A stretch of DNA of 20,000 nucleotides from Catajapyx aquilonaris. Taxonomy: Eukaryota. The notes beneath the pieces are model-generated. The model saw only the letters and a program-made list of their open reading frames with translations, was not told where the DNA came from and searched no databases. This document shows positions 10,001 through 17,797 of this stretch, in pieces (the stretch's first letter is position 1; every line of letters starts with the position of its first letter). Made by a program: the position numbers and the translations under genes. The stretch covers positions 44,405-64,404 of the forward strand of contig JYFJ02002583.1 in NCBI GenBank assembly GCA_000934665.2, given 5' to 3'.

Positions 10001-13000
10001 GAAACCAAACACACAACCGTGATTGCTCCTCTTTTGTTTTTCCTGGTGCCTTGTGGCAGGTTCTATCGCAGCGGTTCTCAACCTTCCCCACATTGGGCCC
10101 CTCTGGAAAGTAATTTCAGATATCTCATTTACTTACATTATTTATTAACAGCGTAAAACGAGTACTACCTGTACTGATATCGCAGTCACTCTGGCAGGAG
10201 AGCATGAGAAATTAATTCATATAAAAAGTAATACATAACATATGTCCAGGTAATTTGGAATTGACAAAAATGCTCACATTATGGTATTTTCTGCGAATGT
10301 ATTCACGCATATTGAGAATATTTTGAGATATATTGCAGACTTGCTTTTTAGAGCACAACTCTCCCATCTCAAGGTATCACCTAGGAACCAGACCATTCTT
10401 CACGTTATGCATGAATGGCTTGAAATGCTTGTGAAAGAATCCAGTTTCATTCAGCTACCATAAATTGGTCTTTTCAGTGTATGATGATCTTACAACTCCA
10501 TTACTTCACTTATCTGTCTATCATAATTAGCATGCCAATAAATGCAGCATTAATATACCGGATTGCAAGAAGTGGTACCTGTGAAAGTGTATGTCTTAGC
10601 AATGGTCCATGGCTCGAGATCCTCACCACTGCCTTTGTGGAAAACTACCAGGTCCTGCAGCCTGAAGATGCGGCCATCAAGCTTCTTCTCATACTGCTCC
10701 ACCTTCACAAAATAAGATGCCAATCGTGAAACCTTATAAGTAGTTGTTGCTCCGCAAGTGTGTGTCGTTATGGCTGCCCAGAAAGAGCCCGCCCTGCGGC
10801 AATTACCTTTTCTGCCTGTAGTGGTAAATGAAGCTCTCAAAAATTTGATTTTCTTTGTGATCTCGCCTTCATCTCCTATTGTTGCATTTGAGAAATATAA
10901 TTTATTGCAACTCGCGGCCGCCCCTAGGACAGTGCCTATTGTGCCTAATGGGAAATCTGGCGTTGATTATCTTCATGACCAGGTTGCGTATGTTGCCCGC
11001 ATCTGTTTTCCTCCCTACCACGTCTTCCAGTAAGGTTCTCTCTCTCCCGTCCACCCTCCCTCCCACTCTCTTCTGCCTGGAAGACAGTCATCTTGCCCCG
11101 GTGTTGAGGATGGTGTTCATGATCATGTTGCCTGTATGTTGCCCGCACCTGTTTTCCTCTCTACAGCGTCTTCCAGTAAGGTAATTATTTTTGTTGAAGA
11201 GCAGGATTGAGAAGAGCAGCCCCCGGACACTACCCTCTTATTATCGCCCTATGGGCCTGACGGGGCGTTTTGTGGGAGGTGACTGCATGTATTGCATGCA
11301 TAGTATTATAAGGCCATGGTGGAGAGATACAGACTCTGAGCAGTCAGCAGCATCGAAGCGACATCCGATGGTAACGACATTTGGCGGTAACATGCGGAAG
11401 TAGGTGACCTGAGAGACTGATAGTGGCACAATTGGGAATTGCGTGGAGCTGGCCTCGTGGTATTTGCAATTTACGTATTCCCTGTTCACTTTTTCCTAAA
11501 AACAAGTGGTGGGCATATACAGGGTGATCCAACTCTGTGGCACCAACAGTTATTGGAAAAATCAACAAGCTGCTTGTTTATAAGCAGGTCGTTGCTAAGA
11601 GATCAATAAGAGTTACTTTCTGGAGAATCGGGAATAGCACCTGCTGATATTAGGTCCAATGCCCATGTAACAATATTAATGAGGGAAAAAAGGATCATCC
11701 GTGGGAAACAGGCTGTTCTGGTGTTCGCTGGAGGGTTTCACATGAGGTCACTAGCTGCCAAACCAAAGGTCNGTGGATCGAGTAGTAAAAGTACGTGCCA
11801 CTAGATGGCATTGGAGTCAGCCGACAGCCATCACAAGATGGCGGCGACACTTACGAAGTGCACCAAAGAAGAACAGCGGGCCGTCGTGAGATTGTTGCGG
11901 AGTGAAGGGATTAAGTCGATCGAAATCCACTGCAGGATGGCCCTGAAATATGGGGACGTGTGCATGTCGCAGGGGGGAGTGTACGCGTGGTGCAAAAAAT
12001 TCGTAACAGGACCCGTATACTGGGCCCGTATACTGGCCGNATGTAACAATATTAATGAGGGAAAAAAGGATCATCCGTGGGAAACAGGCTGTTCTGGTGT
12101 TCGCTGGAGGGTTTCACATGAGGTCACTAGCTGCCAAACCAAAGGTCTAATCCGTCGGAACTGGACAGACCCGGGTGTGTCAATAAATAGGCCTTCTGGT
12201 CTGTTCATTGTTGGCCGCTGTTGGCAAAACTGAGACAGGTCAACAGGCAGCGTTGTTTAGTTACCAGCAAATAAAATATTATTGTTACATGGCCATTGGA
12301 CCTAATATCAGCAGGTGCTATTCCCGATTCTCCATAAAGAGCCAGAAAGCATCTCAGGCAATGGATTTCTTAGAGTGAACTGCTGGGCCCATGGCCCCGC
12401 CCCCAAACAAACTTCTCTCCTCCCTCCCCCACCACTTTGGCACCATGACAACATGTACATGGGTATCTCTCCGCCAGAGCCGGACAACTTATTCCGATGG
12501 TGCTTATGCGCGCCGAAAAGAAGTGAAAAGAAGAGATTCGAACACCGTTGCCTTGGATTCGAACAATGCTTCGAAATTACGTGGGCACGGATCCCGATGC
12601 TCTTTTGTCTCTCGCCTTGAAAGTAGTCCCCATGTGGCAAGGTTGCTGATTTTAATTTTTCTATTACGCTATTCTAAATAATGCTTTAGTGTTCATAAAT
12701 TATGTCAGAACCAAATAATTGATATCGGTCGAATTCCTTTTTAAAATACACATGTTAATTACAATTATGTATTTCACCTGGCAACCTCACTGTGACGCAC
12801 GGTCATACAGGCGACCCCATTGGTTCGTCCGTGGGGGCGTGTCTGTTCACTCTAAGAAATTCGTTACCTATAGCAACGACTTGCTTATAAACAAGCAGCT
12901 TGCGCGATTTTTTCAATAACTACTGGTGCCATAGAGTTGGATCACCCTGTATAGAAGACACTGGCAAAATTTTGAGAGCACTCCCAACGCTGTAGGCCGT

Positions 13001-15885
13001 ACGGTTCGGGCGGAGATATGGGTACAGTAGGATATTAATAATATAGATGACTGCTTTGGGGTCAGGCTAATGGCCAAAGCAAAGTGACTTGTCACAACAA
13101 CTACAACACAGCCATCACACAACTCATTACTAAAAAAAAAACTTATTTCATTGTTGGTTTACCCCTTCCCTCACAAAAATATAATCTACAATGGGGAGAC
13201 GGAGTGGCGCCGCGGTAACGCGCGCGCGCCCACGGAAGTTAAGGTCCCGGGTTCAATCCCCACCCGGGGTTCCCACCTTCTTTCGTGCAGAGTTGGGCCA
13301 TCTCTGGCTTAGTTTCGGGTGGCAATTTCCGATAGACTAAGCCACCCGGGGGAGTTCACAAAATGACGATTAGAGACATTGCACTTGCACTTTGCACATC
13401 CCCTCCCACCCACCCTTGGAGTACACTAATAAGATTCTATCTTAACTAGCTCCAACGAAAACCCCAATGGTGGTAATCCACCCCCCCTAAGGAGTACGTA
13501 ACTCCCCCCGTGGGGTAATTCAAAAAAAATAAACAAAATAAAAAAATAAAAAAAATAAAATAATATAATCTACAATATTCATACATGCAAAAATCTTTTG
13601 AGGGGGGAAGAGAGACCAAAGCCTGAATCTTAATTAATTAAGCATGTACTACCGTACATTTTTGGCTGTGTAACAAGATTTCCTTGTGCATAAAGCTTTT
13701 TATGGCTCAATTCTCTCTTTCATTGAAGTAATGTGTATTGAAACTGTAAAGGAATAACCAGTGATTATTGCATGCAAAAATCTTGCTCTCCACTATGGCT
13801 AGGACCTAATGCTAAACACACTGTTCCCCACCTTCATCCGATGAGCTCTCACAATATCCCCTTTCTCCAGTGGAGGTTTCTTGTCGCCCTTCTTGGAGTA
13901 AATGTGAAGAAGGAAGTCATCACAAGTCTCATCTTCAATGGCTACCATTGCATGGACCTTCACACCCTCCCTTGTGGGTGCTGGTTCCTGTTAGGTCACA
14001 AATGAGAAATTATAGATTAGGAGAAGGCAAAATCATTGCAGGTGCACACAGGGTGTAACTCTTAGATGTGTTAATTTTAATGAGTGATTTTTCATTCTAA
14101 TTTGCTTATTTTTTTAAACCAACTGCTTTGGAGTAGTTACTTTCATATTACTATAAGTATTAGCTGCTAATATTAGGCCAAATGGATTCATATTCCCAAG
14201 CTCTGAATTTCAATAAATTTTGATTTGGTTGACTGATATATACGTATTGGACTTTATATGGCACAACAGCAGCAGTGGCTATTCTGTGCCAGAAACAAAT
14301 TTTGAGTAGGAATGGCATATTGAAACAACTGGCAACAACCCATTTTTTTCAGCCCAGATTCCTTTGCAGGCATTTAAAAGGGCGGGTCCATGCAACCTGA
14401 CTTATCAATTAATACTCGTACTTCTGATAACCACTGCAGGTGACTATTCAAAAGTAACTGATTAAAAATACAGTTCACTGACAAAAAATAACCACCTAAA
14501 ATGGATATATCAATTGGAACACACTGTACACTTCAAACCGATCATCAAAGTATGCAACTGCTTACCTTTAGGATACTCTTGACTAATCCATACACATGAC
14601 ATTCCACCTTTGACAACTTAATATCTTTGAGAGATGTGTACTTATAATCATCTCTGCCTTTCTCATCTACTTTTGAAACAGTTTTTTCCGACACGTTCGT
14701 CTGTTTTACTGATGCTGTACTGGCTCTTCGGTCTCCTGTGGGAATTATGGCTTTCAGTGACTCACTTGACCTCTTTCTTAGTGAGCGTTTACTTCCTGAG
14801 CTAGGGCCAGCTTCCTCAGTGTCAACTTCTACATGTGGCAGTACTTTCAGAGACCCAGGACTTCCTCTTGCACGGGCAACTCTTGGCCTAGGTGGAGTTG
14901 TGGGCAGGTTGTCATTGCTAACTCCATGACTGTTATTTAATGAAGCCTCTGTATTGCTTGAATCATCAATGATCTTTTCCTTCCCCTTATTTTTGTTGTC
15001 TGCACTAGCACTTTGGTCTCGAGAGTAAGACACTGTTTTTGGTGACTGAGCAACATTTTTTTTTGGCAAGACTTCAGATTCTGAGTTAGGGTCAGCTTCC
15101 TTCGAGTCACGCTGAAGTGGCAACTTTTGTGGAGATGGATGTTCCAGGCACGTGACATATGTACTACCTGACTCCTGGCTCCCTTCTGTGCCGGAAATTC
15201 TAGGCGAAGGTGGACTTGTAGACAGGTTGTCATTGCCAACTACATGACTGCTATTTAATGAAGCATCTGTATCACTCGAGTCATCAACAATTTTCTTTCG
15301 TTTCCCCTTCTTTTTGTTTTCTCCACTGGCTCTTTGGTCTCGCGTGGAAGGAGTTGTTTTTGGTGATTCAAATAACTTCCTTCTTGGTGAGGGTGTATGT
15401 CTTGAGCCAGAGCCTGCATCCTCATTATCATGTTGAAGTGGCGACACCTGTGGTGACGTGTGATGTGTGACACATTTACTAACTGATTCAGGGCTTCCTC
15501 CAGCACTGGTGACTATGTGCACAGGTGGACTCATGGGCAGGTTGCTATTGTCAACTGTATGACTGCTATTTATTGCAGCCTCTGTATCACTTAAGTTATC
15601 AATAATATGTTTTGGCCTCTCTCTTCTTCTAAACCCAGTTTGCTTGACTCTTGATGGGGAAGTGTCAGAATCTGAGTCGGCAATAACAATCACATCTGAA
15701 GCATCTTTATCTTTTCTTGCAATACTACGTGTCACACGCACATTCTTCATGGCCTCACTGAGGTTTGTGTGTGTTGACACTGCCTCAAAATCTTCTGAAA
15801 AAGTTCCTGGCAAGCCCCACTCAAAGTCGAGTGTTTCTGGCATGTTCACAGCAAGTGAATCTACATCACCATCAGAGTTGTCATT
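897..15885 (-). CDS. POT1: POT1-like telomeric ssDNA-binding protein, multi-exon gene span (8 confident exons, ~1278 aa; true 5' start unresolved)
   Basis: Spliced translation gives colinear POT1 motifs: YKYTSLKDIK..HVYGLVK, IEDET..LHIYS..KGDIVRAHRMKVEQY (OB1); IKDVK..FNLFCRI, LRVEDGT, VVVFDH, KLNGGSS (OB2); CTGC..CSTC, YLQDKKG..AEEFFG, VDVCVK..YEILNTKLV* (OB3). All seven introns are GT-AG and intron phases match. Confidence 0.9.
1265..2042. mobile_element. piggyBac-like non-autonomous element
   Basis: TTAA (1261-1264) followed by CCCTATTTAGACGG; exact reverse complement CCGTCTAAATAGGG at 2029-2042. The right-hand TTAA is absent. Contains an n at 1851. Confidence 0.6.
2043..2165. repeat. Degenerate ~17-18 bp tandem array of TTGC(C/T)ATGG-type units
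   Basis: Units gtgctatggagac, attgccagggatac, attgctatggtaac, ggcgctacggacaac, cttgccatggaac, gttgctgtggatgc, gttgccatggtaac. Confidence 0.6.
2198..2228 (+). repeat. (GGA)n microsatellite plus poly-G
   Basis: ggaggaggaggaggaggaggagggggggggg read directly. Confidence 0.9.
2263..2499 (-). CDS. POT1: POT1-like exon (237 nt), OB3 with Zn ribbon
   Basis: atctcag|ATCCAT...TTTTTTG|gttag, phase 1-1, after a 57-nt intron. Encodes CTGC-x26-CSTC followed by FLQVFVYLQDKKGKMLMTRLFGKRAEEFFG. Confidence 0.88.
2557..2667 (-). CDS. POT1: POT1-like exon (111 nt), start of OB3; not in the ORF track
   Basis: ttatttcttctag|CTACAG...ATTAATT|gtaagt, phase 1-1. Translates TDMTKTPVKASHALSHPEEKVHRVCSYLVGGHPGIN (cf. 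TDHQYLERTPL..QQYRIRAKLRSYKP). An alternative in-frame acceptor lies 6 nt further on (exon start 2661). Confidence 0.8.
2745..2910. mobile_element. Tc1/mariner-type MITE
   Basis: Imperfect ~55-bp TIRs (cagttggttaaaggattcgcttaccacatgagg... / ...cctcatgtggtaaggaaatcctttaactgactg) with TA on the left. Confidence 0.75.
3016..3293 (+). mobile_element. tRNA-derived SINE with V-domain-like core
   Basis: A box TGGCCGAGTGG (3027-3037), B box GTTCGATCC (3072-3080), core gtgggttttctcggggttcgcccgtttcctcccac resembling the V-SINE domain, (ATT)n tail. Confidence 0.8.
3434..3697. mobile_element. (TG)n-flanked non-autonomous element with internal TTAGG repeats
   Basis: TG microsatellite at both ends; ctatccttgtgagg inverted to cctcacaaggatag and acaaggatag; AGGTTAGGTTAGGTTAG at 3612-3628. 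Confidence 0.6.
4076..5516 (-). CDS. POT1: POT1-like exon (1441 nt), OB2 plus long disordered linker
   Basis: aaacag|GTGATC...CTAACAA|gtaag, phase 0-1. Lies within ORF 4050..5516. The first ~110 aa (LRVEDGT, VVVFDH, KLNGGSS, IQMLKRHI) match OB2; the rest is S/K/E-rich. Confidence 0.9.
5620..6113. mobile_element. Tigger/pogo-like MITE
   Basis: TA + cagtgggacctcatactt ... aagtatgaggcaccacag (imperfect TIR); AT-rich interior. Confidence 0.7.
6400..6548. mobile_element. Small MITE (hairpin)
   Basis: TIR cagtactggaaaaaatagcct / aggctattttttccagtagtg, plus inner arms gcaggtggaa / ttccacctgc; TA on the left. Confidence 0.7.
6731..6856. repeat. GC/CpG-rich inverted repeat (43-bp arms, ~40-bp loop)
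   Basis: aagcgcccgattctcatagccactaagggcgaaagtcgcgtac / gtacgcgactttcgcccttagtggctacgggaattgggcgctt. Confidence 0.85.
7441..8084. mobile_element. Non-autonomous TIR element with CACTG ends and TA TSD (CMC/CACTA-like or Tc1-like)
   Basis: Perfect 29-bp TIR CACTGCAAATCATGTGCTGACTATGTGCT, TA on both sides, many subterminal gtcagcaca/tgtgctgac motifs. Confidence 0.85.
8113..9118. mobile_element. ~1-kb foldback/palindromic DNA element
   Basis: Arms of ~460-480 bp (ctactatccgtttatttaatatagagccctg... / ...cagggctctatattaaataaacggatagtag) with a short spacer near 8592-8658. Confidence 0.85.
9285..9553 (-). CDS. POT1: POT1-like exon (269 nt), OB1 terminal helix, linker and start of OB2
   Basis: gtttcag|AGGAAG...CGAGGG|gtaag, phase 1-0. 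Translates EEDREHIKALREFY...IKQIKDVKGPGVFNLFCRISFTCRG (cf. TEDHKMVEALRVW...LCDVQPMQYFDLTCQL). Confidence 0.9.
10069..10110 (+). mobile_element. hAT-like left terminus (partner end not found)
   Basis: CAGCGGTTCTCAACC at 10069-10083, a Charlie-type TIR. Confidence 0.4.
10579..10702 (-). CDS. POT1: POT1-like exon (124 nt), end of OB1
   Basis: gtgaag|GTGGAG...TTCACAG|gtacc, phase 0-1. Translates VEQYEKKLDGRIFRLQDLVVFHKGSGEDLEPWTIAKTYTFT (cf. POT1 IQVYKK...PRTSSKYFNFT). Confidence 0.88.
10993..11182 (+). repeat. Direct repeat pair of ~42 bp, ~146 bp apart
   Basis: ttgcccgcatctgttttcctccctaccacgtcttccagtaaggt versus ttgcccgcacctgttttcctctctacagcgtcttccagtaaggt. Confidence 0.7.
11622..12334. mobile_element. 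Nested MITE inside the 11520-12949 element
   Basis: ~55-bp inverted repeat ggagaatcgggaatagcacctgctgatattaggtccaatg / cattggacctaatatcagcaggtgctattcccgattctcc. Confidence 0.75.
11838..12011 (+). pseudogene. Mariner transposase N-terminal HTH fragment
   Basis: MAATLTKCTKEEQRAVVRLLRSEGIKSIEIHCRMALKYGDVCMSQGGVYAWCKKFVTG fits the Mos1-type HTH pattern (EQRAVIRFL..EG....EIH.R....YG..C.S...V..W...F..G). No DDD domain; bounded by n at 11772 and 12040. Confidence 0.85.
13193..13561 (+). mobile_element. Young tRNA-derived SINE with 15-bp TSD
   Basis: A box TGGCGCCGCGG (13205-13215), B box GTTCAATCC (13251-13259), A-rich tail, perfect TSD AATATAATCTACAAT at 13178-13192 and 13562-13576. Confidence 0.9.
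13832..13987 (-). CDS. POT1: POT1-like exon (156 nt), OB1 core; not in the ORF track
   Basis: aacag|GAACCA...ATGAAG|gtggg, phase 0-0. Translates EPAPTREGVKVHAMVAIEDETCDDFLLHIYSKKGDKKPPLEKGDIVRAHRMK, which matches the POT1 GDIVRFHRLK motif. Confidence 0.92.
14566..15885 (-). CDS. POT1: POT1-like exon (1320 nt): disordered repeat-rich N-terminal arm plus start of OB1
   Basis: Acceptor atttcag|AATGAC, donor CTAAAG|gtaag, phase 0-0. Contains most of ORF 14545..15849 and ends YKYTSLKDIKLSKVECHVYGLVKSILK, like the POT1 N-terminus (YIYTPLNQLK..NVYGVVK). Confidence 0.88.
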
Positions 15886-16146
15886 CTGAAATTTATAAAA
15901 CTATAATTACTGCCCATGTAACAAAATTCTCAAATGATTATGATAAATACTAACAAAGTAGGTTACAATACACATGCTATCAATACTAGTAATTAATACC
16001 ATTATATTTGTGTGCTGCATCTTGTTAACTGAACTACTGCCACCTAATATTATGATTCATTGACAGTATCAGGAAAAAACAAATAAGCAACTCCGATCAC
16101 TTCTGAACAAAATGCAGGTTTCAAGCTGAATTAACAAGTCATGAAC

Positions 16147-16283
16147 CTTTCTCCATCTCTGGGTACAAAGTTGCTTTCTGACACCAGATATCCTGACTTT
16201 CGCCACCATTGCATGACCAAAATAAGAACAGAAGCCTTCCATTTTGGTAGTGGTAGAGCATTTTGCCATGCACTTTATACAAA
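16147..16283 (-). CDS. Candidate upstream exon (137 nt), Cys-rich
   Basis: cacccag|TTTGTA...AGAAAG|gttcat, phase 1-0, compatible with both neighbours. Translates VCIKCMAKCSTTTKMEGFCSYFGHAMVAKVRISGVRKQLCTQRWRK. The donor is weak. An in-frame ATG at 16269 could be a start. Confidence 0.45.
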
Positions 16284-16377
16284 CTGGGTGAATATAAATT
16301 TTCTATGCAGACAAGTACTGCCATCAAGGATTTCAAACTGTCCGATACAAAGTCTACTTCAGCCAATGATGATGATA

Positions 16378-17136
16378 CATGGGTTGTTTCATAAGTCATG
16401 TCGTGTATTTTTTAAATTCAAAAACGGTAACACATACAGAGATGACCTCTGCTGAGATTTGAAGATCCGGCAATTACAATTTGGTCTGGCAAAGAGATGT
16501 CGCCCATATCACAACATTTGGGGGCCTGGAAACAAAAGAGGATCATGAGCCTCCACCTATCCATCTCCCTAAGCCTGACGCTCTTGGAGCTGTTGAACTT
16601 GGAATGCGGGACACTCAGCGATGGACAACACGAGAGCTTGATTTCGCGTGTGGGACAAGTGAGAGCATTATGCTTAGGACTCTGAAAAACTGAAAGGTCT
16701 CAAGAAGTTGGGAGTCCTCATTGGCTTTCTAGCCATCTCTCTGATGTGCGAAGGTGATGCCACTTTGCCCTTGCCGAAACCTTGGCCGAAACACATTGGA
16801 ACTCTGGCTCAGTGAGGGCCATGGTTTTCTTGAACGAAATGTGGCGACGGATGGCACATAGTGCTCTGACTTGTTCCACAGTCAAAATCAAGCTTCCGTG
16901 TTGTCCATCGTAGAGTGTCCTCCATGCAGCGTCCAATAGCTCCAAGCGCATCTTAGGCCAATGGCGCGGTGTGGGGTCACGATCCCCTTTTGTTTCCCTG
17001 CCACCCATGCGATATGGGCGACATCTATATACCATATCAAATTGTAATCGCTGGATCTTCAAAACTGAGCAAAGGTCATCTCCGTATGTGTTACCGTTTT
17101 TGAATAATAAAATACGTGCTGATGAAACAACCCACA
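16378..17136. mobile_element. Old long-TIR DNA element (Tc1/mariner-like)
   Basis: Diverged ~290-bp arms: gggttgtttcat...attcaaaaacggtaacacatac.gagatgacct / aggtcatctccgtatgtgttaccgtttttgaat...atgaaacaaccc. ORFs 16141..16455(+) and 16718..17137(-) share FKNGNTY.DDLC as a mirror effect. Confidence 0.8.
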
Positions 17137-17503
17137 CATAAGGTTTAGTAAGATCTGGCAGAAAATGTGTTTTTGCTAGGATGTACAGTAGTTTTCATAA
17201 TCCCCACCATAACCACCAGCAGTGTCTACAGTTGGTAGCCTATCCAACCAAAAATCCTACACACTAAACCCCCTTGAAATATGTAACTTTCGAATAAACT
17301 TAAACATGATCCGAGAGAAGTGAAATAGGCTGCGATAAATGACAATGCTCAGAAATTCGAGAAAGGCACATTTCATGCTATTCAGGCCTCACAGCAACAA
17401 CTTAGCAGCACTGGGTGACTTGAGACACTTCAGAATAGTTTGTCACATCCAGAAGTCCCTTTGACCAGTCTCATTTACTACGGGTAAAAATAAAAAGGGG
17501 CAC

Positions 17504-17797
17504 CTGCCTTTTCTGGAAGACCAGACTTTCTATTCTCATTGGTCCAGGCCACGTTCCAGGCAAGCCGCTGGCTAAGTAAGATCCGGGATTCTTCATGCTG
17601 CTCATTGTGAATCAATATCTCCCAGACACATTTCGTGTCCTTAAATCTCCTGGCATGTCCTTTAATGCACCGTACATCTGTTGGATTGTGCACAAGGATA
17701 AACGCATTCACCAGATTCGGGGCCCTCTCCAGGGTCTGTGCAAGTTGACCAGGAGCAATTAAAGAAACATGGTCACCCCGAGTGTAGTCTGGAAGGA
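17504..17797 (-). CDS. Candidate upstream exon (294 nt), globular-looking, unassigned
   Basis: tttttattccag|TCCTTC...AAGGCAG|gtgccc, phase 1-1, inside ORF 17478..17927. No convincing phase-1 donor found upstream. Confidence 0.4.

Larger units (their letters stand above)
11520..12949. mobile_element. Tc1/mariner-type non-autonomous element with nested inserts
   Basis: TA-CAGGGTGATCCAACTCT...AGAGTTGGATCACCCTG-TA; inverted similarity extends ~80 bp. Confidence 0.85.

Noticed and set aside
11805..12233. 142-aa ORF as an intact transposase or novel fusion
   Set aside because: Only the HTH part is mariner-like; it crosses an n gap into duplicated MITE sequence and lacks the catalytic domain.
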